From a virus (Duplodnaviria > Caudoviricetes): a stretch of DNA of 59,366 nucleotides. The notes below the pieces were generated by a model that did not search any database, was not told the DNA's origin, and saw only the letters and a list, made by a program, of their open reading frames with translations. Where the stretch lies: the IMG/VR virus record IMGVR_UViG_3300046779_001979, positions 1 through 59,366 of that record. The stretch is one strand, 5' to 3'. Positions within the stretch are counted from its first letter, which is position 1. Each line of letters starts with the position of its first letter. The position numbers and the translations under genes were made by a program. Of the stretch, positions 45,728 through 55,615 are shown piece after piece.

Positions 45728-48700
45728 TTATTCTAATTCGTCTAATCTGAATTTAAATTTCTTTCCGTTTCTATTATTGATAATATACAAATTTTCTTCA
45801 CCTTCTTGTATAGTCCAGTTGCCGGATGTTCCGTCAATATCATTACCCTCCGGTTTACCCATATTACTTAAATGTAAGTCGTTCGTATAAACGTTTCTCC
45901 ACCCAAGTGATGACGTACCTAAATCATATGTGTTATTTGCCGATGGTTGAACTGTTCCAACAAATTCAAATAACGATTGAGTATCTTTAAATACCGTTCT
46001 CGTTGTTGTTTTAATCACATTCGCATAATATGAACTATTCGATAAACCTTTACCCGCATACGTTGAACCTGTACTTTTTACTCCGTCCGCTCTTACTAAT
46101 GTAATCATTGAGTCTCCGTCGGTATAACCGGCATAACCTGCATTATTATAACCACCTATATGGAAAATAGGTCTAGCCGTTGTTGCACCATCTCTCGCTA
46201 ATACTAAGAATCCATCATTATTATTATAATTATATAATGCAGTACACCAACCCTCACCACTTAAAATTTCATTAGTACTTCTAAATGATAAACCAGACGC
46301 ATCGGTAGTACTAGTTGCGGTTAAATTTGTTGCATTAACCGTAACAAATGTTGGGCTATTAGTTGTACCTAAATTTTGATTTATGTTAAATGTATTTGCA
46401 AAAGATGTACCTGAACTACCTGATGTTCCGCTAGACCCCGATGTACCGTTAGAACCTGGTGAACCCGCAGCACCTGAAGTACCCGACGAACCACTACTAC
46501 CCGATGTTCCACTAGAACCTGAAGTACCGTTTGAACCCGGTGAACCATTTATTCCAGACGTTCCTGAACTACCCGAACTTCCACTTGTTCCTGAAGAACC
46601 TGAACTACCTGAAGAACCAGATGTTCCTGATGAACCTGAAGAACCGCTAGTACCTGAACTTCCCGATGAACCAGAAGAACCTGAAGTTCCACTACTACCA
46701 TTAGAACCACTTGACCCACTCGTACCCGATGTTCCACTAGTACCTGAAGTACCTCTTGTTCCTGATGAACCAGATGAACCACTAGTTCCCGAAGAACCAT
46801 TACTTCCACTCGTACCTGAACTACCACTTGACCCTGATGTACCCGATGTACCACTAGTTCCACTAGAACCTGAACTTCCACTAGTTCCTGATGAACCAGA
46901 TGAACCTGATGTTCCTGATGTACCACTAGTTCCTGATGAGCCAGAAGAACCTGAAGTTCCACTACTACCATTAGAACCACTCGACCCACTTGTACCAGCA
47001 GTTCCAGACGTACCTGAGGTACCTCTTGTTCCTGATGAACCAGAAGAACCGCTTGACCCACTTGTGCCTGAGGTTCCCGATGAACCATTTGACCCAGATG
47101 TACCTGAAGAACCTGAACTACCTGATGAACCTGATGTTCCGCTAGTTCCACTTGTGCCAGAACTACCCGAACTTCCACTTGTTCCTGAAGAACCTGAGCT
47201 TCCCGATGAACCGCTCGTACCACTTGTACCAGAAGAACCATTTGAACCGGATGTTCCTGATGTTCCAGAACTACCTGAAGTACCACTTGTACCTGAAGTT
47301 GCCGCAGTATATGATGTTCCGTTAATAACAACATTACCTGTAACACTTAAAGAACCGGTAACATCTGTATTTGTTAACATTGTGATGGTTGTACCATCAT
47401 CTTTAATATTTGAATCATTCAAATGGTCTCCACCATTTGATTTTGTTAATCTTCCACTTGTTAAACCTAACTCACTACCCAATGAACCTGAACTACGAGG
47501 GCCCGATAATAACATACCACCTGTGTAGCCAGAGTCAGAAGATTGTTGATAGACCCAACGATTGTTTACCGAGTCCCATAAAATTGAACCAGTTGCTTGG
47601 TTGAGTGACCCTGAGTCGTAAACAGATATACCTCCAAATCTTTCACCAGGACTTGATGTGTTTACTGTTATAATATTATCGTTAATTCTTAATTGGGATG
47701 ATGTAATATATAATATTGATGAAGAACCCAACACAGTAAAATCTTGAGTAACTATTAAAGAACCTGAAATTGTTTCATTACCAACAACAGTTAATAATGA
47801 ACCATCGAATCTTAAATTTGATTCAACGGTAACGTTAGGTGAACTTCCGTTTAACGTCAATAATCCATTATCTTGTGTTCCCGTCATCGTTACAGTACCA
47901 CTACTTCCTGATGAACCTGATGTACCACTAGTCCCTGAAGTACCGCTAGTCCCTGATGTACCTGAAGTACCTCTTGTTCCTGATGAACCAGAAGAACCAC
48001 TCGTACCACTACTTCCTGAAGAACCGGAAGAACCACTAGTCCCTGATGTGCCACCACTTCCCGAAGTTCCCGATGTTCCACTACTTCCAGATGAACCTGA
48101 CGTTCCTGCGGTTCCTGAAGAACCTGAACTTCCACTTGTTCCGCTGGTTCCTGAAGAACCCGAACTACCAGATGTACCAGCAGTTCCTGATGTACCCGCA
48201 GAACCACTAGAACCACTTGTTCCCGAAGAACCTGAACTACCACTTGTACCGGCAGTTCCTGAACTACCAGATGTACCACTAGTTCCACTAGTTCCTGAAG
48301 AACCTGAACTACCACTTGTACCTGACGTTCCCGAGGTTCCTGATGACCCTGAACTACCACTAGTCCCTGATGAACCAGATGAACCTGAACTACCACTTGT
48401 ACCGGCAGTTCCACTTGAACCGTTAGAACCCGATGTTCCTGATGTTCCACTTGTACCGGATGTGCCACTTGTTCCCGATGAACCTGAAGAGCCACTACTT
48501 CCTGAAGTTCCTGACGAACCTGAAGAGCCAGATGTTCCTGATGTACCGGATGTACCACTAGAACCTGAGGTTCCGGATGAGCCTGAAGAACCACTAGAAC
48601 CTGATGTTCCACTAGTTCCCGATGAACCTGAACTACCACTAGTTCCCGATGTACCGCTTGAACCACTACTTCCAGAACTTCCACTTGTACCTGAAGTACC

Positions 48701-49465
48701 ACTAGTTCCTGAACTTCCCGATGAGCCGCTGCTTCCAGATGAACCAGATGTTCCACTAGTACCTGATGAACCTGAACTACCACTTGTACCGGCAGTTCCT
48801 GAACTACCAGATGTGCCGCTTGTTCCTGAACTACCAGATGTACCGCTTGTTCCTGAACTTGCAGCATTGTAAGATGTTCCGTTGATAACAACGTCACCTT
48901 GTACTAAAATAGAACCTGTAACAGTTTGATCCGCAGTAAATGTATTCGATTGAGCCTTTTGAGCGTATAATGTTTGGTTTGTTTGTAGTGTAAAAATGTC
49001 GTTCGTTTGTTGCACTTGTGATGCTGTAATTGAACTATTGAATGAGTTTTGAGATGATGTAAATGCGTAAAATTCTGTATCATTTAATTTACCAGTACCA
49101 ACAAGTTCATTGTTTAAATAAATTGAACCTGATATTTTTACTGAACCTGTAAATTGATGTACGTCCGCTAAAGTATCACCAAATGCACTTGAACCACTAG
49201 CATAACTTGTGGTCATAAAAGTTACCGATGAACTAACTATATAATTTTCAGCAATTATTGAACCAGTAACAGTTAAATTACCCTTGATTGTGGTATTTGT
49301 ATTAACTTCAAAACCGTTACCTTGTGATATTGAGGCAGTAACACTACCATCTGCTATTTGTGAAAGATTTAATCCCGTTACACCTGATGCTGATATGTTT
49401 GTCAAACCACTAGCATCTCCAATAAATGAACCCGAAATTAACTCTAACGAACCGTATATCTCCAT
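45728..49465 (-). CDS. Tail-fibre-like protein 2 with two (G-T/S-S)n repeat blocks
   Basis: Same architecture as fibre 1; C-terminus YDLGTSSLGWRNVYTNDLHLSN...GNWTIQEGEENLYIINNRNGKKFKF. Confidence 0.78.
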   Translation of the reverse strand: MEIYGSLELISGSFIGDASGLTNISASGVTGLNLSQIADGSVTASISQGNGFEVNTNTTIKGNLTVTGSIIAENYIVSSSVTFMTTSYASGSSAFGDTLADVHQFTGSVKISGSIYLNNELVGTGKLNDTEFYAFTSSQNSFNSSITASQVQQTNDIFTLQTNQTLYAQKAQSNTFTADQTVTGSILVQGDVVINGTSYNAASSGTSGTSGSSGTSGTSGSSGTAGTSGSSGSSGTSGTSGSSGSSGSSGSSGTSGTSGTSGSSGSSGSSGTSGTSGSSGSSGTSGTSGSSGSSGSSGTSGSSGTSGTSGTSGSSGSSGTSGSSGSSGSSGTSGTSGTSGTSGTSGSNGSSGTAGTSGSSGSSGSSGTSGSSGSSGTSGTSGTSGSSGSSGTSGTSGTSGSSGTAGTSGSSGSSGTSGSSGSAGTSGTAGTSGSSGSSGTSGTSGSSGSSGTAGTSGSSGSSGTSGTSGSGGTSGTSGSSGSSGSSGTSGSSGSSGTRGTSGTSGTSGTSGTSGTSGSSGSSGTVTMTGTQDNGLLTLNGSSPNVTVESNLRFDGSLLTVVGNETISGSLIVTQDFTVLGSSSILYITSSQLRINDNIITVNTSSPGERFGGISVYDSGSLNQATGSILWDSVNNRWVYQQSSDSGYTGGMLLSGPRSSGSLGSELGLTSGRLTKSNGGDHLNDSNIKDDGTTITMLTNTDVTGSLSVTGNVVINGTSYTAATSGTSGTSGSSGTSGTSGSNGSSGTSGTSGSSGSSGSSGTSGSSGSSGTSGTSGTSGSSGSSGSSGTSGSNGSSGTSGTSGSSGSSGSSGTRGTSGTSGTAGTSGSSGSNGSSGTSGSSGSSGTSGTSGTSGSSGSSGTSGSSGSSGTSGTSGTSGSSGSSGTSGSNGSSGTSGSSGSSGTRGTSGTSGTSGTSGSSGSNGSSGTSGSSGSSGSSGTSGSSGSSGTSGSSGSSGSSGTSGSSGSSGTSGINGSPGSNGTSGSSGTSGSSGSSGTSGAAGSPGSNGTSGSSGTSGSSGTSFANTFNINQNLGTTNSPTFVTVNATNLTATSTTDASGLSFRSTNEILSGEGWCTALYNYNNNDGFLVLARDGATTARPIFHIGGYNNAGYAGYTDGDSMITLVRADGVKSTGSTYAGKGLSNSSYYANVIKTTTRTVFKDTQSLFEFVGTVQPSANNTYDLGTSSLGWRNVYTNDLHLSNMGKPEGNDIDGTSGNWTIQEGEENLYIINNRNGKKFKFRLDELE
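46405..47305 (-). repeat. Coding (GTS/GSS)n repeat, block 2 of fibre 2
   Basis: Direct translation; boundaries approximate. Confidence 0.9.
47895..48865 (-). repeat. Coding (GTS/GSS)n repeat, block 1 of fibre 2
   Basis: Direct translation; boundaries approximate. Confidence 0.9.
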
Positions 49466-49482
49466 TAAATTATAGTTTAACT

Positions 49483-49490
49483 ATAAATAC
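49483..49490 (-). promoter_or_regulatory. Conserved GTATTTAT motif (putative late promoter)
   Basis: 17 nt upstream of the fibre 2 ATG. Confidence 0.55.
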
Positions 49491-49516
49491 TTGTTTAATG
49501 GGTTATGGATTAAATA

Positions 49517-50344
49517 TTAACAGGCCGTACAACTTGGGTCGTAATTATAAAGTGAACATCCATATCCACAATCATAATATTTTTCAAATCTTAGTCTAAA
49601 ATATTGGTAGTTTTGTAATATTTCGGCATTTGTTAATGCCCTATCATATAATGTAACCGCAGCAACTCTAACATACGCATTTTCTAAAGTTAACGCTGAA
49701 TTCATTGCAACTGTCATTCTACCAACATTAGTATAAGAAAATGCACTTCCAATTGATGCACTAGCTTCTTGTACCCCATTAACGAAAACATATGCGGTAC
49801 CATTTGCAGTCCATTTATATGTTACTATTCTATATGGGTCATTTGCTGCCTTCAATGCAGTTGTTGGATATAAACCTCCAACACCACCATAAGATGAATT
49901 CCACCACAAACCATATTTCGTTTCATCACAAGATGCCAATGTGAAATATGTGCTATGGTCGTTATTTACCGCGGAACCATCATTAACACTAAAAAGTCTA
50001 GAACAACTACCAAAATTTGTATTTGATATACTTGACATCATTATTGTTATGGTACCTGCTGCGCCAATATTTTGTGAAATACTACCTGCCCTTGTTGCAT
50101 AATCATTTGACCCACTAAATTGAAAGGCATTGGCTCTATTGTACATACCCCATGTTGGGCTGTTAACCAATGTAAAGTTGTACCCATTACCGCTTAAATC
50201 ATACCACGTTGAACCTGTTCCCGGATATGAGTCATATTCTTGAGCATCCAAATATAACATTAGATTATTTCTAACTAAAGATGTTGTGTTATAATTCTTT
50301 AATTGTATATTTGTTAATATTTGTCCTCCTACGTCGAATGGCAT
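49517..50344 (-). CDS. LamG-like protein with C-terminal Cys/Tyr module
   Basis: LYLDA...SYPGTGSTWYDLSGNG, LYDRALTNAEILQNY; ends YYDCGYGCSLYNYDPSCTAC. Confidence 0.85.
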   Translation of the reverse strand: MPFDVGGQILTNIQLKNYNTTSLVRNNLMLYLDAQEYDSYPGTGSTWYDLSGNGYNFTLVNSPTWGMYNRANAFQFSGSNDYATRAGSISQNIGAAGTITIMMSSISNTNFGSCSRLFSVNDGSAVNNDHSTYFTLASCDETKYGLWWNSSYGGVGGLYPTTALKAANDPYRIVTYKWTANGTAYVFVNGVQEASASIGSAFSYTNVGRMTVAMNSALTLENAYVRVAAVTLYDRALTNAEILQNYQYFRLRFEKYYDCGYGCSLYNYDPSCTAC

Positions 50345-50356
50345 AATTTATATTTT

Positions 50357-51106
50357 TTAATACGCAAATTTACTTCTTGTCGCATGGTAATTTTGTAATA
50401 ATTCACTATCTGTTAATACTCTATTATAACACATAAAAATTGAAATGTCTCCCCATGGTTGGGATACATTACTCGGGGTAGTACTTCCATTATGATAAGC
50501 ACCAATACTACCAAACCCTCTTGTATGATATGCATTAGAATTTGTCAAAGAACCACGTATTGTTCCTGGTGTATCATTAAATGACATTTGATAATAAGGA
50601 CTACTTGTTTGCCACCTCCAATACATACATATCCAATTTGATGTATTGTAGTTTGGTAAACTCTGTTGTGAATATCCTGTACCCATAAATCCAACACTAT
50701 CATTATCATACATTCCTATTTCCCAACCTCCTGATTGAATAATAACATTATGGTCTCCATTATAACCTCTGGTTAAAGTTCTCCACTCAGCCGTACTATT
50801 TTTAATTCTTGTCCAAACCACATAAGTTATATTACCTGATATTGATAAATCTGAACCATTTTTTGCACATCCATATGAACCATTAAAATCCATATAACCT
50901 TGATTAGTTTTATTAAAAGCAGCCTCAACTATATTAAAGTTATTACCATTACCCGATAAATCATACCAAACAGTTCCAGAACCTGGATAGGAATCTTTTA
51001 AAGTTGCATCTAAATAAAGTACTAAACCCGATTTTACAATATTATCGTAATTATAAAGTTTAGCACCTAACGCGTTTAATTGTTGATTTGTTAAATCTAT
51101 TGGCAT
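50357..51106 (-). CDS. LamG-like lectin-domain protein
   Basis: GLVLYLDA...SYPGSGTVWYDLSGNGN, YNRVLTDSELLQNY. Confidence 0.85.
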   Translation of the reverse strand: MPIDLTNQQLNALGAKLYNYDNIVKSGLVLYLDATLKDSYPGSGTVWYDLSGNGNNFNIVEAAFNKTNQGYMDFNGSYGCAKNGSDLSISGNITYVVWTRIKNSTAEWRTLTRGYNGDHNVIIQSGGWEIGMYDNDSVGFMGTGYSQQSLPNYNTSNWICMYWRWQTSSPYYQMSFNDTPGTIRGSLTNSNAYHTRGFGSIGAYHNGSTTPSNVSQPWGDISIFMCYNRVLTDSELLQNYHATRSKFAY

Positions 51107-51134
51107 AATTTAATTATAATAATTTTTTATCATT

Positions 51135-51821
51135 TTATACACCCAATCTCCTTCTAAAATTTTGGTATGTTTGAAATATTTCAGCAGCTGTTAATTCTCT
51201 ATTATAAACTAATAAAAATGCAACATTTCCGTTGGAGTATTCGCTACCTCCTGGTCCATATGAACCTATTGAAAAATTATTCGGTCCTGCCGTACCTCCT
51301 GTTCCGCTAGCATTTAAAACACCGTTTATGTAAAATTTATATGTTCCACCAATAACACCACTTCCCGCATATACTCTCCAATTAGTATCACTACCACCGG
51401 CACCTGAAGATGTTATCCAACCCGCAGAATAATAATTTGCAACACTATTATTCCAATGACCCAATAACCAATTATTACTTAATCCTGAAACTATTCTTTC
51501 TTTCGTTGCACCATTATATCTTGAACCAGCAATTACAGTAAAATTTGATGATGATAAATTTAATGTCGATGTTGTGAATCTACCATCAGTTGAAGTTGTA
51601 ACCATTGTTCCTCCATTACTATTATTCCAAGAAGCTCCTCCAACAAATGTTGCATTATTACCATTACCTGTTAAATCATACCAAGTACTTCCAGTTCCAT
51701 CATATGATGTACCATTACCCGCATCTAAAAAACATAACAATCCATTTGTTATTAAACCTTTATAATTTAATAACCTCACACCAAACGAATCAATGTTATT
51801 TGTATTTATGTTTACACCCAT
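51135..51821 (-). CDS. LamG-like lectin-domain protein
   Basis: GLLCFLDAGN..SY.GTGSTWYDLTGNGNN, VYNRELTAAEIFQTY. Confidence 0.85.
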   Translation of the reverse strand: MGVNINTNNIDSFGVRLLNYKGLITNGLLCFLDAGNGTSYDGTGSTWYDLTGNGNNATFVGGASWNNSNGGTMVTTSTDGRFTTSTLNLSSSNFTVIAGSRYNGATKERIVSGLSNNWLLGHWNNSVANYYSAGWITSSGAGGSDTNWRVYAGSGVIGGTYKFYINGVLNASGTGGTAGPNNFSIGSYGPGGSEYSNGNVAFLLVYNRELTAAEIFQTYQNFRRRLGV

Positions 51822-51822
51822 A

Positions 51823-52071
51823 TTAGCTCATTTCTTGTGGAATAAACCATTCATCAGATGATAATATTTCTAACATTTCTTGTTGGTTATATTCTCTACT
51901 TTTTGTTAATAAATTTATTATAGAATTTGGCATATCTCCATCATATTTTATGAATGTTTTTGTTTCGTCAATTGATTTTCTTAAAGTATCAATTGAGGTT
52001 TCTTTAACATCATTAAAATTTATTTTATTTATTTCGTCGTAATTAAAAATTATATATTTCAATTCATTCAT
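51823..52071 (-). CDS. Small phage protein accompanying fibre/LamG genes
   Basis: Start reassigned to MNELKY (52071), 1 nt after the fibre 3 stop; ETSIDTLRKSIDETKTFIKY...EILSSDEW. Confidence 0.65.
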   Translation of the reverse strand: MNELKYIIFNYDEINKINFNDVKETSIDTLRKSIDETKTFIKYDGDMPNSIINLLTKSREYNQQEMLEILSSDEWFIPQEMS

Positions 52072-52072
52072 A

Positions 52073-55000
52073 TTATATTTTTTTAGGTGTTGCAGTTGCG
52101 GGGTCTTCTTCTTGTAAAACAAACGAATAAACCTTACTATTTTTATTGTTATATAAATATAATTTTTCCTCACCCTCAACTATAGTATAATCACCAATAC
52201 CATTTGATAGTGATAAGTCGGATGTGTAAATTGTGGACCATCTATATGATGCAGTTCCTAAATCCTGAGTACCGTTTGCCCCTGGTCTAACGGTCCCTCT
52301 TGCAAAAATATTTTCACTAGCATCTCTAGTCATATAGAACATTCTAAACCAATCAGAACCATTATTTACATAAAATTCAAAACCGTGGTCTGTACCATTT
52401 GTTTGAATAGCACCATAGTCTGTTCCTCCCTTTGCAAATCTTAAATCATTTTCAACACTAGAACTTGAACTATCTAATTTTAAAGCATATTGATTTGTAC
52501 TATTAAAATACATTATTGTTGAACTATTAACTGTTAAACTAGTGTCAAATGTTGCATTAGTTTGAGTTAATCTTAATGTTGGTGTGTCGGAAACCGCATT
52601 GTCTCCATGAACTGTAAAATGTAATTCACCTTTATTCCAGTTTGTATCTAATGTAGATGCCGTACCTGTTTTTCTACCATATATAGATGCATATTGTGAG
52701 TTATAACTTGTACTATTACTTTTCGCACTAAAAGATATGGTTGGTGAAAACGCGTTATCAGTATTACTATCATTATGAAATGTAACACCAATCATTCTAC
52801 CTCTAGTTGTGTCGGTTGTACTACCAACAACCGCCATAATGGGGTCTCTACCATCGGTGGCCCAGTTTGTTCCATTAGATGTTAACATTCGACCATTTCT
52901 ATTTGTCCAATGTGTTGCACCCGCATCTGTATTTGTAAATGAGTGCGGATAATCTGCACCTGAATTACCTTTTATTTGTCCCGATAATGTTAATATTGTT
53001 CCGTCAAATGTTAAATTTGATTCTCCTTGTATTAAACCTGCGGTTCCTGTTGCAGTTAAAACATAATTGTCGGTATTACTGTTAATTGTTGCAGCACCGC
53101 TACTACCCGAAGAACCACTAGAACCCGACGTTCCTGAAGAACCGGACGTTCCTGAAGAACCCGAACTACCTGATGTACCGGAAACCCCTGATGTACCACT
53201 TGTACCAGAACTACCATTTGAACCAGAAGTTCCGCTTGTTCCTGAAGAGCCACTACTTCCTGATGTACCTGAACTTCCCGAAGAACCTGATGCGCCAGAT
53301 GTACCCGAACTTCCGCTCGAACCAGAAGAACCACTAGTCCCTGAAGAACCGTTTGAACCTGACGTTCCACTAGTTCCAGATGAACCTGAAGACCCCGTTG
53401 TACCACTTGTTCCAGACGAACCACTGGTTCCTGAACTACCTGAAGAACCACTAGTTCCTGAACTACCTGAAGAACCTGATGTTCCACTTGTTCCAGACGA
53501 ACCAGATGAACCTGATGTTCCACTAGTACCAGATGTTTGTGAAATATATGATGTACCATTTATAATTAAGTCACTTGTAATTTTTAATGTACCCGTAACT
53601 TCAGTATTTGAATTGATTGATACTAATGTACCTGTATCGGTAATATTGGAATCGTTTAAGTGGTCACCTCCATTCGATTTTGTTAATTTACCCGATGTTA
53701 GTGTTAATTCACTACCCAACGAACCGGAACTACGTGGTCCAGATAATAACATACCACCTGTGTAACCAGAATCGGATGATTGTTGATACACCCAACGATT
53801 ATTCACAGAATCCCATAAAATTGAACCAGTTGCTTCATTTATTGAACCTGAATCATAAACAGATAATCCACCAAATCTTTCTCCCGGTGAAGATGTATTA
53901 ACTGTTATAATATTATCGTTAATTCTTAATTGAGACGATGTGATATAAACTATTGATGATGAACCTAAAACCGTAAAATCTTGAGTCACAATTAGGGAGC
54001 CGGAAATTGTTTCATTACCCACTACCGTTAATAATGAACCATCAAATGTTAAGTTGCTTTCAGCCGTAACATTCGGTGACGACCCATTAAGTGTTAATAT
54101 ACCATTATCTTGAGTCCCTGTCATTGTTACTGTTCCAGAAGAACCTGAACTACCGGAAGTACCACTAGAACCAGAAGTACCACTAGTTCCAGAACTACCA
54201 GAACTACCTGATGTTCCACTTGAACCTGATGAACCCGATGTTCCACTAGATCCTGAACTACCGGAAGTACCACTAGTACCGGAAGTTCCAGAACTACCAT
54301 TTGAACCAGATGTACCGGATGTTCCTGAACTTCCACTAGAACCGGAAGTACCTGATGTTCCGCTTGTACCACTACTACCAGAACTACCTGATGTTCCACT
54401 TGAACCTGATGAACCCGAACTTCCAGACGTTCCACTACTTCCTGAAGAACCAGACGTTCCAGAACTACCAGATGAACCACTAGTACCTGATGAACCTGAT
54501 GTGCCACTAGACCCTGAACTTCCAGATGTTCCACTTGTACCTGATGTACCTGAACTTCCAGATGTTCCACTTGTACCTGATGTACCTGAACTACCTGAAG
54601 AGCCACTAGTTCCACTTGAACCCGAGGAACCGGAAGTACCTGATGTTCCTGCTGTACCTGAAGTTGCCGCACTATATGATGTACCGTTTATTACTAAATC
54701 ACCAGTTAATCTAACGGAACCTGTTACGTCTAAATCATCACCAATTACAACTTTTGTTCCTCCTGAACTTCTTATTTTATTACCATCTTGTAATTGTAAT
54801 GTTCCTCTAACATCAATTAAACCTGTTGTTGGGTCTAATAGTATGTCTCCTCCTCCTGATGATTTTAATTCAATATCTCCATCTGCAGATTGTAAAATAA
54901 TACTGTCTGTACCTGCCTCCAAAATCTTTATTGATTGCCCGGTATCTGTTGTAATTGTAAGTTCTTGAGCTGTAGACCCTAAAACTTTTGTACCATCTAT

Positions 55001-55543
55001 GTAAAGTGATGCAGACGAAAGATATAAATGTCTAAATTGATTTGATGGGCTACCAATATCATAAATGCTATTTATTGCGGGAATTATAGAACCGCTAATA
55101 TATTGGTCTCCATCAAACACATTGGACCCCGTTGTTGCAAATGTTCCTGTAACTGAATTAAATGATGACGTAAATGAATTAAAATCGGATCTAATACTTC
55201 CACTTTCCGTTCTTAGGTACCCCAATTGTAAATCTTGTGAATTGTCAAGAATTGCTTGTGATTGTGTATATGAATTAAATGTTGTCTCATCTAATTTTCC
55301 TGTACCGATTGGATTACCGTTCAATGTCATTGAACCTGTAATATTGATACTACCGGTAAACTCATGAATATCATCTATCGAATTACCAAAAGACGACGAA
55401 CCTGATTCATATAAAATTGAAGCGGTTGTAATTGACGCATGAAATTCGTCAACTGTTAGGGTTCCTCTTACACGTAAATCTTGTTCGATTTCCGCAGAGC
55501 CGGACACTTTAAGTCCGTTCTTAATTATAAACTCATTTGCCAT
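52073..55543 (-). CDS. Tail-fibre-like protein 3 with two (G-T/S-S)n repeat blocks
   Basis: MANEFIIKNGL start, same architecture; C-terminus DLGTASYRW...GDYTIVEGEEKLYLYNNK close to fibre 1. Confidence 0.78.
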   Translation of the reverse strand: MANEFIIKNGLKVSGSAEIEQDLRVRGTLTVDEFHASITTASILYESGSSSFGNSIDDIHEFTGSINITGSMTLNGNPIGTGKLDETTFNSYTQSQAILDNSQDLQLGYLRTESGSIRSDFNSFTSSFNSVTGTFATTGSNVFDGDQYISGSIIPAINSIYDIGSPSNQFRHLYLSSASLYIDGTKVLGSTAQELTITTDTGQSIKILEAGTDSIILQSADGDIELKSSGGGDILLDPTTGLIDVRGTLQLQDGNKIRSSGGTKVVIGDDLDVTGSVRLTGDLVINGTSYSAATSGTAGTSGTSGSSGSSGTSGSSGSSGTSGTSGTSGSSGTSGTSGTSGSSGSSGTSGSSGTSGSSGSSGTSGSSGSSGTSGSSGSSGSSGTSGSSGSSGTSGTSGTSGSSGSSGTSGTSGSNGSSGTSGTSGTSGSSGSSGTSGSSGSSGTSGSSGSSGTSGTSGSSGTSGSSGSSGTVTMTGTQDNGILTLNGSSPNVTAESNLTFDGSLLTVVGNETISGSLIVTQDFTVLGSSSIVYITSSQLRINDNIITVNTSSPGERFGGLSVYDSGSINEATGSILWDSVNNRWVYQQSSDSGYTGGMLLSGPRSSGSLGSELTLTSGKLTKSNGGDHLNDSNITDTGTLVSINSNTEVTGTLKITSDLIINGTSYISQTSGTSGTSGSSGSSGTSGTSGSSGSSGTSGSSGSSGTSGSSGTSGTTGSSGSSGTSGTSGSNGSSGTSGSSGSSGSSGTSGASGSSGSSGTSGSSGSSGTSGTSGSNGSSGTSGTSGVSGTSGSSGSSGTSGSSGTSGSSGSSGSSGAATINSNTDNYVLTATGTAGLIQGESNLTFDGTILTLSGQIKGNSGADYPHSFTNTDAGATHWTNRNGRMLTSNGTNWATDGRDPIMAVVGSTTDTTRGRMIGVTFHNDSNTDNAFSPTISFSAKSNSTSYNSQYASIYGRKTGTASTLDTNWNKGELHFTVHGDNAVSDTPTLRLTQTNATFDTSLTVNSSTIMYFNSTNQYALKLDSSSSSVENDLRFAKGGTDYGAIQTNGTDHGFEFYVNNGSDWFRMFYMTRDASENIFARGTVRPGANGTQDLGTASYRWSTIYTSDLSLSNGIGDYTIVEGEEKLYLYNNKNSKVYSFVLQEEDPATATPKKI
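53095..53535 (-). repeat. Coding (GTS/GSS)n repeat, block 2 of fibre 3
   Basis: Direct translation; boundaries approximate. Confidence 0.9.
54130..54670 (-). repeat. Coding (GTS/GSS)n repeat, block 1 of fibre 3
   Basis: Direct translation; boundaries approximate. Confidence 0.9.
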
Positions 55544-55579
55544 ATTTAATTAGTTTCACTTTCCACTAATGTGATACTA

Positions 55580-55587
55580 ATAAATAC
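55580..55587 (-). promoter_or_regulatory. Conserved GTATTTAT motif (putative late promoter)
   Basis: 36 nt upstream of the fibre 3 ATG. Confidence 0.5.
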
Positions 55588-55615
55588 CGAACCAATGATT
55601 TAAATTGAATTTAAT

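Noticed and set aside
7717-49579. Diversity-generating retroelement (template/variable repeat) behind the repeated Cys/Tyr module or lectin genes
   Set aside because: No reverse transcriptase in the window, all copies are in coding frames, and differences are not confined to adenines.
46383-54968. Same shadow ORFs over fibres 2 and 3
   Set aside because: Same cause; no independent start signals or domain content.
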